Positions 47,921-62,599 of a stretch of DNA of 64,000 nt are shown here, one piece after another. The stretch comes from Trichoplax adhaerens (Eukaryota; Animalia; Placozoa). The stretch spans positions 2,508,462-2,572,461 of the forward strand of contig NW_002060943.1 in the NCBI RefSeq assembly GCF_000150275.1, read 5' to 3'. Numbering within the stretch: the first letter of the stretch is position 1; each line of letters begins with the position of its first letter. The translations under genes were made by a program, and so were the position numbers. The notes under the pieces were generated by a model. The model worked only from the letters and a program-made list of their open reading frames with translations, did no database searches and was not told the origin of the DNA.

Positions 47921-50499
47921 CATGAATTGTATGGGTTATACAGTATATTAAATAGCTGCGCTTGCAGATTCAACCTGTCTTGTATGATACAGATTAAGGA
48001 AGTTAAAGCTATAGATAACAAAATCTAAGTAAGGCATTCTCAAGAAATTAGTTATATTATACATTACAATCCTTGTAGGAGGATATTTATGTTATTACGG
48101 AAAAACTAAACAAAATCTATGGAATTATGTAATTTTCGCCAACTATGAATCATCGTTTATAAATAGGATGTTCACGATGCACGTACTGTATTTGTTAGAA
48201 AATATTAAAATTTATCATTAAACATATAACATCTACTATCGCTTGAATTTATAAACGGAATGTCGATGTTATTCTATCGTACTTATTTGAACTCCGAAAA
48301 GTCTACTGAAAGGTGTATCAAAACGTTTTGATTCTAGTTATAACAAAATACCCATAAATACTAAACGGTAAAAATGGATAACTATAAATAAAATGATAAT
48401 GAATGATATTGTTGAGCCATATGATCACTTATGGTATTGCTGTTATGTACTAATAGGGTTGTGAAATAAGGCTGCCTAAGTGTTTACTGTTTATGATTGT
48501 ATTCATATAGGAACATACAAGAATTTTACTATAAGTTAGAATATTAAATTATTATAAATTCTAATTAGAGCAACATATTGGTCAATAAATTAGATATGAC
48601 AATATTGAATAGGTAAGTGACGGTATGTAACGACCATAATTAAGTCTAAGAAAAGAACATTTAAGACAAATGATTAGAGTTTAGATTTTAAAATGATTAA
48701 AGTACGCTTTGATTGTACTGTTGTACCATAATCAAAATATGTTATGTAGTTATCCTCCAGAGAGGATATTTACGTTGAAATCATCCAAATAAGAAGTAAA
48801 TACCTCGTTTACAAAACAAAAGTAATGACCATTAAGTTTACTCAAATCGCTCCATTTACCACCATCATTTGCGCAAAAGTCCACCTTTACAAGATTGGTC
48901 TTCGATAAATATATATTTTGATCTCTATTTTATTACATATAACATTACAATATACTTAATATACTTGATAATCAATTAAATATGTATTAAAATTAAATGT
49001 TAGTGGATAATTTCATAACTACTATATGTAACAGAGCTTAAGTTTCAAATAAAAAGATATTTATAATATTGATATTACCATGATTTATATTGCGATATGG
49101 AAAAGTACCGAAATTTTCATATTAAATCACATTATAAGTTTACTGGCGCTACGTCATTTTCATAATACTGTGTTGGACAATAATGGTATTCAGACTGAAT
49201 GTGTTCTAAAACTAGTTAGTACTGTACGGTTTACACGGCAATATTCAATGACAATTAGTATATAAATTAAAATATATTATGAAATTTAGTAGATAGTATT
49301 ACATAATTCCACAATTCTATCTTGGATAATATCTGGTATTTAGATTAAGATTATTATAAATCTAGATACTGCAGCCAAAATTCTTAAAGCGATATCAAAC
49401 GATTCCTGACGTGCAATTAAATATATTATTATACACATTTATATACCCGTATATTCCTACGGTTTAAACAATCATTATTATCGTCATATGAGAAGCAAAA
49501 TAACTATGTCTTTGTGTTAATAGTATAATATAAAAAGACCTGGATAGCGCTATATAATTTCAAATTAAAGTAGACAATAAGGTTATATATACATCTTCAT
49601 CACACCATAATGCACTATTGATTAAGCCTGATATTCAATTAATTTCCTACCTATTAAATTAGACCGTGATGTATAATATTATATAATACATCGCTATATC
49701 AAATTAATTGCATCATAAATGAAATGGTGTAGTATAATTCATTAGAGGTTAAATAACACCTGGTATTCAAGTAATATATGTTTGTAAAATTAGGTAGTAC
49801 TACGTAATTTAAAGCAAAAATATTGGATGATGTCTGATATTCGTATTAAATATTTTAACATATTAAATTAGTCGGTATTGGACAGAAAAGATATATAGCT
49901 GCAATAATGGCTTTATAAATTTTAGCTATTCACTTATGCATGAGCGTGGATAATAAATATCGATATTTCAGATTGTTGTTTATCACCAGTGAAAGATTTC
50001 TAGTCATGTATGCAATCGTTGATTATTCTACATGCTTTTCTTGTAACCGCCTTCGCTGCACGCTAAAATCGTTAAAGATAAATGGACCCATTGACAATTT
50101 ATTTTTACTGCATACACAGTACCTTTAGTTACGGCTCGGTTTAGAGCCGTTCGAATCGAAATGGGTTACTGCAGGGGGGACTTCGTTTTATCAGTCAGTA
50201 TTTGCCTTATAAGTATTTTCGAGCGAAGACTCTCCTAAGTTATAGCATCTATAAGACCTATATAACTTGTAGCCATGGTTACGATTATCAATTTAAAAGC
50301 ACCAACATTTTATGTTAATACTGCATAAAGGCAAAAATATGTAGAGTAGTTACTGCATATTTGACAGCCATTTCTACTTATCTCTGTTTGAATAATTCTT
50401 CATTATTTATTTGCGTAATATTTGCAATGCCGCAAGACTAATATGACTTTCTAACAGCTTCGTTAGAGAGGATGTGTGAAATGTAAAGTAGAATGCATA

Positions 50500-53200
50500 C
50501 AATATTGGTATAGACTGATCTAAGATTACTGATATGCTAGTAGCAAATAAAATTATGCATTCGGATATGATTCCTGATAGATTTCACCCGCATCAATTAA
50601 ATATTTATTATGCTTCACGAGCTCGCGTAAGTTCCATAAGAATGCTGCCATATAATAGTTATTTCAGTAGTAGATTAAATTGCTAGAGAGCATTTTGTAA
50701 TGAAGGTTGATTTTTAAAATTCCCAATCAAGTTTTTATAATGTAATTATTCTAGCTTAGTTTTTGTATCGTGATAAGTATTCTAGCTTTAAAAATAAGAC
50801 TTACTTGATTGATACTAACAGTAGATTTTACTTACTATCTTAGTATAATGTAAACCCGACTGCATTATTTGGATTAGAATTTAAGATAATCAGTAGCCTA
50901 ATTATTTTAAGGATTAGATATTATGAGTTTGTAATTCAAGCGATGTATTTAGTTAATAGAACATGTATGTGCTAACTTTGATCATTAATTATAGTGGAAG
51001 TTAATATTACTTTGTAATTTCATATAGTATGAACCCAAGCGTTTGATCTGCATTCTATTTTAAGATTGTTATTTCGTCTTAGGGTATACTGTAGAAATAT
51101 ACAGCTTCTAGCTAAACTATACTTATATTAATTTAGTAGTTTCCGGGAATCTAGGGTATAATTTATCTTATCATGTGTGTTTGATTGCTAGATTAATTTG
51201 GAATACTTAAAAATGATATTTGGATAGTCTAATATCGCTAACTGCTCTGCAAAGCTTATAAAAGGTGACGTAGTTTGATAGTTTATTGCGGTTGAAGATA
51301 GAGAAGACGAGAAAAGTCTAGAATAATCGTGAGTCATCTCATTAGTTGATAATTTTGTTGGTTGAGGCAGTAGTTCAGCCCGTATTTTGCTACTCCTTTA
51401 AGAATTTTGCTAAGATTGTTATTAAGGCCATAATAAACTGGTATTTTCCCCTAATTTATTTTGTTTGGACTTCAATTGTTGGTAGTTTAACTTAGTTTTT
51501 TACATCTGATATTACCATTTCATTCTACCATTTCTTACAGACACCTTTAGCACAGGTTTATAAAGGAGTATACAGTATTGCTATTACTACTTACTACTAA
51601 CAATTCTACGACTTGACTAATTTATAGCAACTTGCATGAGTTAGCAGTTTTATTCTGGTGAACTGATTGGAAAGATAGAATAGCTACAATAGCTTAAAAT
51701 TTAAGATTTGATAATGCCGCATATTTTTACCGGTATAATTCGTATATACGAATGTTATTGCAATTCTTAGGCAACAAATAACAGCTGATGTTGGTAGCAA
51801 TTATTATCAGTAACTTAAATATTATGATGCTTTAAAGGTCATTGAATTATTATTTAGAGGAATAGGCTATATAGCTGCTGCTATTGGTAAGAGAGTGAAA
51901 TATAAAATTTACAAAAGCTAACTGATAAAATCGTTATTAAAAATGTAGAATTTTAAGCAACCATTTCTAGACCTCTGTTTATTAACAGATCATTGAGACA
52001 GTTGCCTATACTTTTATTGTTGCATACGTAAGAAAGAGAAGAGAAATAATTATGATGGCAGTAACTCAAAAATTTACTGGTATGCGTTCTCTTCGATTAG
52101 ATCTAATCAATAAAATATCATACACGCATGAAATTATCCGGTATGCAAAAGTCGTTGCAAAATGAGAGAGTCACGATACGAACTACCGTGAAGAAATAGC
52201 TATCTAAATTTGGTTAATATATTATAGTGATAATATATTACAACTAGTTACTCACAATAGGAATTACTCTAATTATAAATGTGTTACAGTAAATTTAATG
52301 CTGTGTTGTAATGTGCACTGAAATGATTCTGTGAATGGACATATTGTAATCCGACTGTGAAAAATTAGTTAGTAGATGTTCTCACCTAAGTCTTTTTATA
52401 AGATGGCTCGTGAATGTTAGCTGCTGTAGAAGGGTATATAAGCTCATCAGATAGTTGAATAAAGTAGTTCTCAATTGTCTAGTTGAGTTTAACGTAGAAT
52501 CAAAGGCGTCTAAATTCTTATGAGTAGGGATACTGAACCCGGAGACTATAGTAATTTAGAGATTTGTTTTACGTTATCCTTGTCACGAAGCTGGTTTGTG
52601 ACAGAGAGATGATTAATTAGATTACCTGGATGCCGAAAGTGATTGTATTACGCCGATAAAATATACACTTACTAAAAATGAGTTATTATCCAAAATATCA
52701 ATTGTCATAGGATTCTTCGAAATCATGACTAGACGCTACTTGGTTACTTATTTAAAAGTATTTTTTTTCTATGTAACCAAGCGTAGATAGGCTGATATAT
52801 CTTGAATTATACAAGCTGATATATCCACTAATATTTTATCTTATTTCAATTTCTACTTCAGCTATATCCCTATACTAGTAGTGACTGACTAATTATAATT
52901 ATGCACAAATTATTTAAAATTCATTAATAGAATATTATTATTGGATCATCAATTGCTGTACTAAAATTCTAACCGTAATAGTAGCTTAATTATTATGGTG
53001 ATCGATTGAATTATTGCTGCATTTAAAAACAGGGAAGATTCAATAGATTTAATAGAGCATGAAGTAAAGTATTCACCAGCTGAAATCATCCAATTTAATA
53101 GAGTCTAAACCGAAAGCGATCTCGAATAAACAAATTTAATCATTCTTCATGCTATGGTTGATAGTGAAACTAGATAGACAATTAACACATACTGGAAAGC
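50500..53200 (+). mobile_element. Degenerate RTE-like LINE fossil; boundaries approximate
   Basis: NNR..ISLV (51322-51347; cf. NYRGISLL), FYDLT (51604; cf. FIDLTKAFD), DLCLLTDH (51970; cf. DLLFADD) and a VL..LL..G-like segment near 52378. Spacing fits an RTE RT. Confidence 0.48.
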
Positions 53201-53499
53201 TAGAAACAATCTGCAACAGAGGTCTTAAATTTTGCGTATCTTAATAAAGAAGTTAGCCTATTACATAAGCAGCTGCCTGAAATCAATGCTCAGATTAAAC
53301 AGAGAAAGATTAAATCAAATTATTGATTAAAATGCAAAGGCGACAAGCAATCATCACTATTTTCTTACCTTGGTTACCGAAAATACTAAGATTGTGTATT
53401 GGAAATTGAATTACTTGCTTGCTTTTCAATCGGATATTTTATTGCCATTTTTTAGTTTATGGTATTTCTAATTTTTTAAATTCTAGTTACCATTGTCTT

Positions 53500-56400
53500 C
53501 TAGGTAGATCAATAGCTTTGTTTTAATGAGAAATATTCCTACAGATCTAGAAAAAGTCTTGGATAAAGTATTTAGTGAGATGATTATTATTCTATTTCTT
53601 TAATGGTCGTTATTATTGCAATAAAGTAGTTGCGATAGCTTATCAAAGTAAACCTGTCGCGATAATATTTTGTGTCAAGCGAAGCGTTGAAATATTCTCC
53701 AAGAAGATAGTGACAAATCACCAAGATGTAAAATAAAGTAAATAGATTTGGATATGCTGTAATTTTATTGTCAAAATGATAGAATGTAGATATCGCTAAT
53801 TATAAAGATTAAAATTTGTATTCCGTGGGAAAATCGATTATTTAATGTGGAGACAATCGTTTCAATTCTTCCACGGTATCCATTGGTTTAAATGCCAGTT
53901 GTTGTTATTATTCTGATGTCAGTAGAATTTCGTTAATAGTTTCCTCTAGGTAATTTGGACATTTTCGATCCCAATGTATTGTAATGTTACAGTTTTACCA
54001 CATAACTTTTCAAAACTGATGAATAATATATGACTGAATGATTTACTTATGGATTATTTATTTATTGATTCATGAGCAAAGTGTGGTTAAATAATGCCTT
54101 ATATAGGTTTTATTGACGGGGGAAGAAACTAATGGCGAAACGGTGAATTTATAAAATCATCCAATCAGATGAACTCTAACTTTTGCCATTCTATCGATTT
54201 TACGGTAACTAGCTAGAAAATCGTGCTATCACGCATATTAGTCGCGATATCTGCCATCTATGATGACAGTTTGGCTTGATTTTATATTTTATTAATGATC
54301 ATTATTGACATTGTTAAATATACTTATTTACTATTGCTTATGGAAAGAAGAGCTTGCTCTCCGTGAGGACGATGTATAAAATTGTTATAAATACAATATT
54401 TACTTTCTAGCTATTATTTCCATAATGGTTATTATTACTACTATTCAAAAGTTGGATAGAGACACGAACTTAATGTAAGATCTCCTTATACTTATACTAT
54501 TCCATTTATCTTCATTGCCCTGTCCTATTAGAGTCCAATTGACTGCATAGACAAAAAATAAATTAATAGTACTCGTCTTCATAGCAATAGATGACTTTAT
54601 AATGATGACGACAATATTACAAGCAGTTTTGAGGATATTTCGATTGAAATATCCTTCTAATATCCTTTTCATCTTTCTTTGAGTGATCGAACTAATTTTA
54701 CCATATTAAAATAGCAAATATCCATCTTAGTCTCATGAAAGAGTCTAATATTATTCTTTCATAATCGTGATCAATTATACCGTAGACATAAGGCAAAAAT
54801 AGAACTTATTGCTTTAACTCTGGAATACGTTATTAATAATTCATTAAAGATGTTACCTTTAATACTATCTGCATACTTGCTATTAGAAATAGTTAAGAAC
54901 TGAATATTAATTAGATATGGAAAGATGTTAACCAATAGTCCGTAATTGCATCTATTGTCGTTATTGCACATAGGGCAAAGTATTAGTAGATCTCCATTGG
55001 ATCATTCTAATCGATAAGTTTTATTCTATTCATTCCATTTGTTTATGAAACGGATAGAAATTAGATTGAAAAGACAACGGCGTGACGAAGGGGTTATTCT
55101 TATCCATCATTGATGAATAAATAGATTGCATTTCAGCTTGCAAAATCTAGTTGTATTCTTTCAAGGAATCAAATGTATTGTCTACATTAAATTAAAATGT
55201 TTTGTTATTGATCTTGGCTATTAATTAGAGATTGATCTATATATTATCAAAAATAGATGAGTAATAATAATAACAAGTCAAGGTCTTGCAAACGTTTTTA
55301 ACAGCTATAAACATCATTAATTTCAGTCTAAATGATTTCAACTACGTAGCAAGCCTTGCTTAGTTCACATACAGATTTTATCTAATCAATATGATGATGA
55401 TGATGTCAAATCCGTTTTCGTTAGTCTTTCAATGAACTTATATCAAAAATTAATCATCTAGTAAGTAATAAAGCTATAATTTGATCGACAAATCAAGCAA
55501 AGATAGAGGACAATTCCATCCCTTACTATTATAATATTTTCTCATTGGTATTATCTTGAAATTAATCCGATATCATCTGGATATTGTGGAAATTATCCCT
55601 GATCTTTTCCTTACTTTGGCTTTTTAACTTTATAAGGTAATAAAGATTTTAAAAATTATCGACCTTTCGATCACTAGAATAGCTAAGAATGAAATGAATG
55701 TTCATATCGGGTAATTTTAAATATAATTTAAACTCTTATCAAACTATGTAGGAAATAAGTATCAACTATGTCTATTAGTTTGATTATTTATGATCCTTGC
55801 AAATGTTTGCGCTTTAAACTAGCAAGAGTGCAACATTCTTTTTAGTAATCATCCAATTGACAAATAGTGTTAGCTCTGCATGACTTTAAATTTTTATTTT
55901 TCCGTCTAATAACTCATTCATGCCTATTTCCTCATCCGTCTATTGATATAACATCAAATTTTAAAATTAAAATCTTAAAATATTTATTCTCTCAGTAAGA
56001 AAGAAATACTTTCCTTTCATTTCTTTATGCCTGTGAAATAAAACTTTACTTTACCGATTTATTTCTATATTTTATTGAAGTCTCCATCTAACTACTGCAA
56101 GTAACGACTAAAATCTTCATAATTATGACCTTTACATTATTTGCACATATTTTCAATCTATACTATTATAGGCATTAATAGAAGGGTTCCAATTAATCTA
56201 TTTCATGTGCCAGCTATCACTCACCAATATCTTCTATTATTAATCTTATTATTTATGAAGTCTTACTGTATCCGTAAAATTTCCGTATACTGTCTGAGTA
56301 TTAATGTTTTCTAACTAAATAAAGCCTTCCTGCATTACATTTACTCTTCTATTTGATATCATAGTATTCATTATTCCAATCGATGCTTATATTTCAAATT

Positions 56401-56800
56401 AAAACAGAAGTATAAGTAATTCCCGAGGTTTCGTGTATTGATTTAAATATTAAGCAACGAATAGACCAGCAGATTTGCTATGATGTTATAATTGGTTACT
56501 GCTTACTAGCTCGTCTAGTCACTATTCTTTCCCAATTAGCATTCCTATCAATTAAAAATTTACATTTCACCAAGTTTGATCCTATTCTATTTATTATCTT
56601 AGGATATATACTACCAGCAGTAATCGCATTGATAACATCTATATTGCGTGAAATAATTAGTTAAATGAAAATTTGGGGATCCATTTTGACTAAATTATGA
56701 GTTTAACCATAGCAAACTATTAGAATTGCAGTAGTTTTCCATTTATATACTTGATTTACCTACTTTCATTCATCCTAATACTGTTAGCTCGCGTTGAGTA
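53500..56800 (-). mobile_element. Degenerate LINE fossil (endonuclease and RT remnants, RTE/CR1-like); boundaries approximate
   Basis: Minus strand reads IIPMRK (55555-55538), NCPLSLLDLSIKL (55515-55477), ENGF then DKI..KQ (from 55419), FIAVKN (about 55311), CLFNL (about 55077), LTISNSK (about 54895) and FVYAVNWTL in ORF 54445-54672 (cf. LLYGxETWTL). Confidence 0.55.
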
Positions 56801-56859
56801 TATTGAAACTGCCTGCCTTTTAGCTGGTCATTTCTCAATGATGATTAAAAGAGAGGAAC

Positions 56860-58450
56860 ATTTATCAATCCTTTCTACTTATATAATCGTCTGTATTTTA
56901 AGATTTTATTCGAGTTACGGTACAATTTGAGTTTAAAATAGACTACTCTAATCTCATTGGCTTTGCAAATACTCATGGTTTGTCTACTTTCATTTGAACT
57001 CTTTTAATAAATTATAATATTTAGCTATCTCTTTCTGCTTCTTATACGCACATAAAAATTCGGAATTCGTTGTGGCTTAAACATATTTTTACATAAAAAA
57101 TTTACCCTAACTTCATTATCTTTTCAATCACAACTACATATATAGCTTGAGATCAGGATATAGTTTGTCCCCTTTTATTAGCTTATTTTAAATTCTAGAG
57201 GAGTATTCAGTAATTTTTTGTCAACCCTTTTTACTTATGTACTCCTGTACATTAACGTTTTAAGATTTCTTCGAGTTGGGCTATAAATTTAGTTTAAATA
57301 GCCTACAGTACTATAATATTATTAGCTTTGCAGATAATCATGATTTGTCTATTTCATTTGAACTTACTTAAGAGAGTGAAATATTTAATAATTTCTGCTT
57401 CTTACACGTACACTGAAAATTCGAGGTTTATTGTAGTTGCATCATAATTTGACTTAAGTAATATGCTCTAATTTATTACCTTCTCACCTACAACCACATC
57501 TATAGTTGGAGATCAAAATATAATTTGTCTCCTCTTATTTGCCTATTTTAAATTCTAGAGGAGTATTTAGTAATTTTCTGTCAACTCTTTCTACTAACGC
57601 GCTATGTCATATGCATTAATGTTTTAAAATTTCTTGTTTAGTATAAATAGCCTACTCTAATCTCTTGGCTTTGCTGATACTCCTGATTTATCTACTTTTA
57701 TTTGAGTTTTCTTAAGTAGAATGTTTCTAGTAATTTTCTGTCAACTCTTTTTACTAACGCGCTGTCATATGCATTAATGTTTTAAAATTTCTTCGAGTTG
57801 GGCTATAAGTTTAGTTTAAATAGCCTACTCTAATCTCTTGGCTTTGCTGATACTCCTGATTTATCTACTTTTATTTGAGTTTTCTTAAGTAGAATGTTTC
57901 TTTCGACTTCTTGCATGCACATTAAAATTTTTAGATTTGTTGTAGTTGAGTTATAATTTCTGACTTAAACAATATGCTCTAATTTTATCACCTTTTCAAC
58001 CACAACCACATATATAGTTGAAGACCTAAAACACAGTTTGTCTCCTTTTATTTGCCTATTTTAAATTCTAGAGGAGTATTTAGCAATTTTCTGTCGATCC
58101 TTTTTACTTTCGTGTTCGTATACATTAGTGTTTTAAGATTTCTTTGAGTTGGGCTTAAATTTAGTTTAAATAGCCTATTTTAATCTCTTGGCTTTGCCGA
58201 TACTAGTGGTTTATCTACTGTACTTTCATTTAAGCTTTCTTAAAATAGAATGTTTAGCAATTTGTTTCTGCTTCTTCTATGCACATTAATATTCCGAGAT
58301 TTGTCGTAGTTGAATGAAGAATTTAACTTGAACTAAATGCTTTAATTTCATTATCAGCGCCTTCTTAACTTCACATATATTTAGATATCAAGATGTACAT
58401 TATCTCCTTTTATTTGCCTATTTTAAATTTTAGACGAGCACTCAGTAATT
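56860..58450. repeat. Tandem satellite-like repeat, unit about 355-360 bp, about 4.5 diverged copies with an internal duplication of about 160 bp
   Basis: ttttaaattctagaggagtatt recurs at about 57186, 57546 and 58060 (variant about 58421); gagttgggct..ttagtttaaatagccta recurs at about 57272, 57795 and 58147 (variant about 56912). Confidence 0.85.
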
Positions 58451-58499
58451 TTTCATTGATATGCTTCACAATATTCAGGTTAATCCGAATTGATCTATG

Positions 58500-60500
58500 A
58501 TCTTAAATTGATCGGCGCATCCTTATTTCGTTCTCTTTCTATCGAAATACAGTTTTACTGCTTTTATTACCAATTTCTGATGATGGTGGAGTATTAATAA
58601 TTCTTTTCTGCTTTCATTCGTTCACTTCAAACTATAGAGTACATTAGTACTTAGTTTATTAACCTCTTTCATTTATATAAGTTAATATTCTCAGATTCAA
58701 TTGGCTTGATGTACAATCTTAGCTTGAGTAGACTACTCCTGCATCATTAGCTTCCTATAAAGTATAGCTTGATTGTATTTGCTTGATCAATTTTTTAAAT
58801 ACGGCGATATTTTTAACACTTTCTCTCTGCTATTACTGATCCATTTTGAACCTTGCAGTAGTAAGTAGCAATTCAGCCCTGTTATACAGTATACGTTGAA
58901 ACATCAAAATTTTCAGATTCCTTTAAGTTAAATTATAATCTTAAGTTGAGAAGCCAATTCTTATTTTATTCACTTCTTTTTCATGCATACTGTCGCGATT
59001 TTCATTTGATCATTTTTTAATTACGGTGAAGTTTTTAGCAATTCCATTCCATTTTTATCAATCTATTGCAAGACTGCTACATAGTAAACGCTATTCGTAT
59101 TGGGCCAACAATTCTGTCAATGGATAATATAACCTTTGCAAATTCCTATCCTAACTGTAAACACAATACGATTTTGCCGGTTTGCAATCTCAAAGCTAGC
59201 CTAGTTTATTCTGTAAAACATAGATATTACATTATTATGATTTCAAATAATTTAGCAACATTTAAAATACCCAATTTGGGCAAAGGTATTGCTAGCTTCT
59301 GTATTTATCCCATCTATTGGTAGTAATTAATCAGAATACTCGAATTCTCGTTCAATCTTATCTGTAAAAGCGTGTTCAAATTTTTTCGGTCTTTCAGCTA
59401 CCTCCATTAATCTATCTTTTTCCCTAATCGCATTTAGCTTTTCATACCTATAATCTATAGATCTAGGGTAAACTCCATTATCTGCTGTCTCTTTTCTAAG
59501 CTAGACTATGAATATCTCTGCTATAAGCCCAAGCAATTCATTTATAAAGTAGTAGTGGTAGTTTTAATAGTAGTAGTTGCGGCTTTTAGAATAGTGGCTA
59601 ATGTCTCGTCACTTGCAATTTCTTTCAGTTGTATAGACGCTAAATTTATCGGCTTGTTCCCGATAATACTCCAGTTTATGTTCAATTTTTATTCTTTTGA
59701 TCTAGGCCCTATTTCTATTGGAGCATGAAAGTATATATAGTATTCCGGCATTAAGATCCTTGCAACTTCTTTGTACGTAGTCAATTTTTTAAAGGGTTTG
59801 CTTGTACTGTCAAGGCTAGAAATCTAGTAGAGTAGACCAATTAAATTTTCTATCTACTATTCAATCGATAGATATAGTTTGCTTTTACTCGATATCTTAT
59901 TTCACTTTATATTTGTAATAGTACTTGAAAAATGTAATTTTAATGAGATACTTTTAACGTAGATAAAGCTGTCTTTTAACTTCCTGTTTAAACTCGAGTT
60001 ATTTTAGCCGAAGAATGCCGTTAGATATGAACCATTCCTCATCTTTTTCTATCATACGCGCAGTTGATAATGTAAAATAATTCATTACTTTCGCCTCCAT
60101 GCATTATTCATATCTGATGAAAAAGGTTATACCGTTATTCTTTTATGATTATACTTTCCTCTTTTTACTCGAGCACCCATCAACATTATACGTAGACGAT
60201 AAATTTTTGATTTGATTTGAATTATTATATTGTTTCTGTAAGCGATTCTTTATGATTTGATATTTACTTCCTTATGTAGATAGACTATCACCATTTGCAA
60301 ATAATAATTTAAAATTAGCCTTGAAGGCGATCTTTAAAGTAGAATTTTACAGATACTGTTGAATTAGAGTTTTTTTCGTAATTTTGTTTTAATTTCTACA
60401 CGTTTTTATCGCTTTCATTGCCTATTCTATCACCACGGTCTAGCCATTTCTATTCTGTTGTGATTGGACTGATTTTCGAATGAATTAGATTAGAGTTGTA
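58500..60500 (-). mobile_element. Possible further degenerate LINE RT fossil
   Basis: Minus strand IVGPI (59112-59098), QYA* (58992-58984; YADD position) and TGLN near 58880. The motifs are weak. Confidence 0.33.
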
Positions 60501-61229
60501 TCCTAAATAGAAGTTAAATTCCTTGTATATTATTACATTTTCATTTGTCTCTTTTTAAATTATCAAACTATCATCTATTTTATTGTCCAGATGGTTCTGA
60601 CGGTAATTGATATTCTACAGTGCGATGTACTATCCTATTTATTTATTACTTAATAGTCGGATTTAGGTAATGTTATTGGACAATTGATTTGGATAATAGG
60701 AATCAATTTTTTTGTATTTGTTTAACCTGTCTGCATCTCTTCTCCCTCCCTGTCTCTAGTTGAATATTGATTTTATTCTTGCAACTATTAACTATATATT
60801 ATGAAGTACAATCAATTTAGAGGATTGTCTAAACTATTAAATAGGCTACGATTTATTATTCTGATGTTCATTATTTAAAAGATTTGAATTGAAAATTTAT
60901 CGGAAAAGTAATCCGTAGAATGTTAATATTATTGACAACAACGACGAGCATTTATCCAACAAACAGTTATTCGGACTGTTATTTTACGGAGTTATTTTGA
61001 TCAGTAAACGAAAAGATTTAAGCGAGAAAAGGAAAGAATTAATCGTGTTTGATAAATAGTTATCGGCCCTGTAGATTACAGAAGTATGAAATAATCCTAT
61101 GTTACAATAGACAATATTCAATTTCACGAATCAGTTCCACCTCTAAAGAGATAATTCCTATGGACAAATACGGTAGATTTTATATTAAATCAACGCAAAA
61201 TTTATTATCATCAGCTACTTTATTCCATC

Positions 61230-62460
61230 TTAGGGAGCATAACATCATGATATTTCAGGTAGTTCTGCATCTCTAATTTTATACTTTTCATACATATATA
61301 GACTGAATGAAAATTAGATCAACCCTTATTTTAGAAATAGCATAAGCCTTAATCCTTTATGGGAAGGAAAATTCTTTAATATTTTAGGTAGTTGTACCTG
61401 ATTAATTTTATATTTTCTAAACATAAATATCGGCTAATTTACTGCTCTTAGCGAGGAAGACGATATGATATTTTCAAGTATATCTCTAAACTTGCACTTG
61501 TCATGTATAAATAGGGATATAAAATATTAACTCATATTTTATTGGTATCATCTACTTTTACTCGTTCTTAGTAATTAAAATAGCCTAATATTTTGAAGTA
61601 GTTCTACATCTCAAATTTTCATACCTTCCAAGGGTAGATTTATAATTATATATATTATTAGCTAGTTTATGCCTTCTTAGCTAGTACGATAGCGCTCTAT
61701 TTGAAGCATTATATAACTAATTTTATGCTCTTCATAGATATAGCCATAAATATCAATTACTGCAGACTAATTTGCTAGCAGGATGACGCCCTATTTTTAA
61801 GCTATTCTACATCACTAATTTTATGCTCTAATAAAAGATTTAATATGAAAATATCATCGACTTTACTTTATTACATGAGCAGTTAAATTTTTAAAAATAC
61901 TAATTAAAGCTTTATCACTATCAGCTCCTTTACTTCTTCTTTGTCAACAAGATGGAGCGATATTTTCAAGTAGTTTTTACATCATACCTCTAACTTCTAC
62001 TTCCCATTAACAACTCCATTTTAAATATAATCTATCTACCCATTACAACCATTATATATATATATATAAAGTAATCTTTTCAAGTAGTTCTATAGTATAT
62101 TTTCAATTTTTACTTCCCATTAACAATTCTATTTGTATCAAATCTGTCCATTAAAAACTTTACATATGTCTATCATCTACACCTTCATAGGCAGCGGATG
62201 ATTTGATCTTTTCAAGTAGTTAGACAATATACCCGTAATTTATACGAGAGAAATAGATTTTGTTTGCAAATATCTATTAAATGGTTATAAATGACAATTA
62301 ATTTATTCCCTTTTTTGCCGGTAAGATGATCCTTTTAAATTTCAATACGTAGTAAACTACAGTTAGCAATCTATTTTTTATCAATGACAATTACTTTACT
62401 CTCTTCTTTATCGGCAAGATGATCCCTTTAAAGTTTAAATACATAGTAAACTAGAGTAAC
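61230..62460. repeat. Highly diverged tandem repeat (units of about 100-130 bp), ending in a duplication of about 100 bp
   Basis: Core atattttcaagtagttctacatc.ctaatttt recurs about 9 times from about 61250 to 62210; atgacaatta...gg(t/c)aagatgatcc...tagtaaacta occurs twice at about 62292 and 62384. Confidence 0.65.
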
Positions 62461-62599
62461 TTATCTATTCAACACTGATTTCTAGATGATGAAGTAGTAG
62501 CGATCAAATTCAAGGCAGAAATTCTTTTTCATTTTATTTTTATTATTGCTGTTGTTGTTGTTATTATTGCATCTGCTATCCACTCAATCATTCAATCCG

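Noticed and set aside
61230-62460. Regularly spaced repeats superficially like a CRISPR array
   Set aside because: Repeats are highly degenerate, spacers resemble each other, the context is eukaryotic and there are no cas genes.
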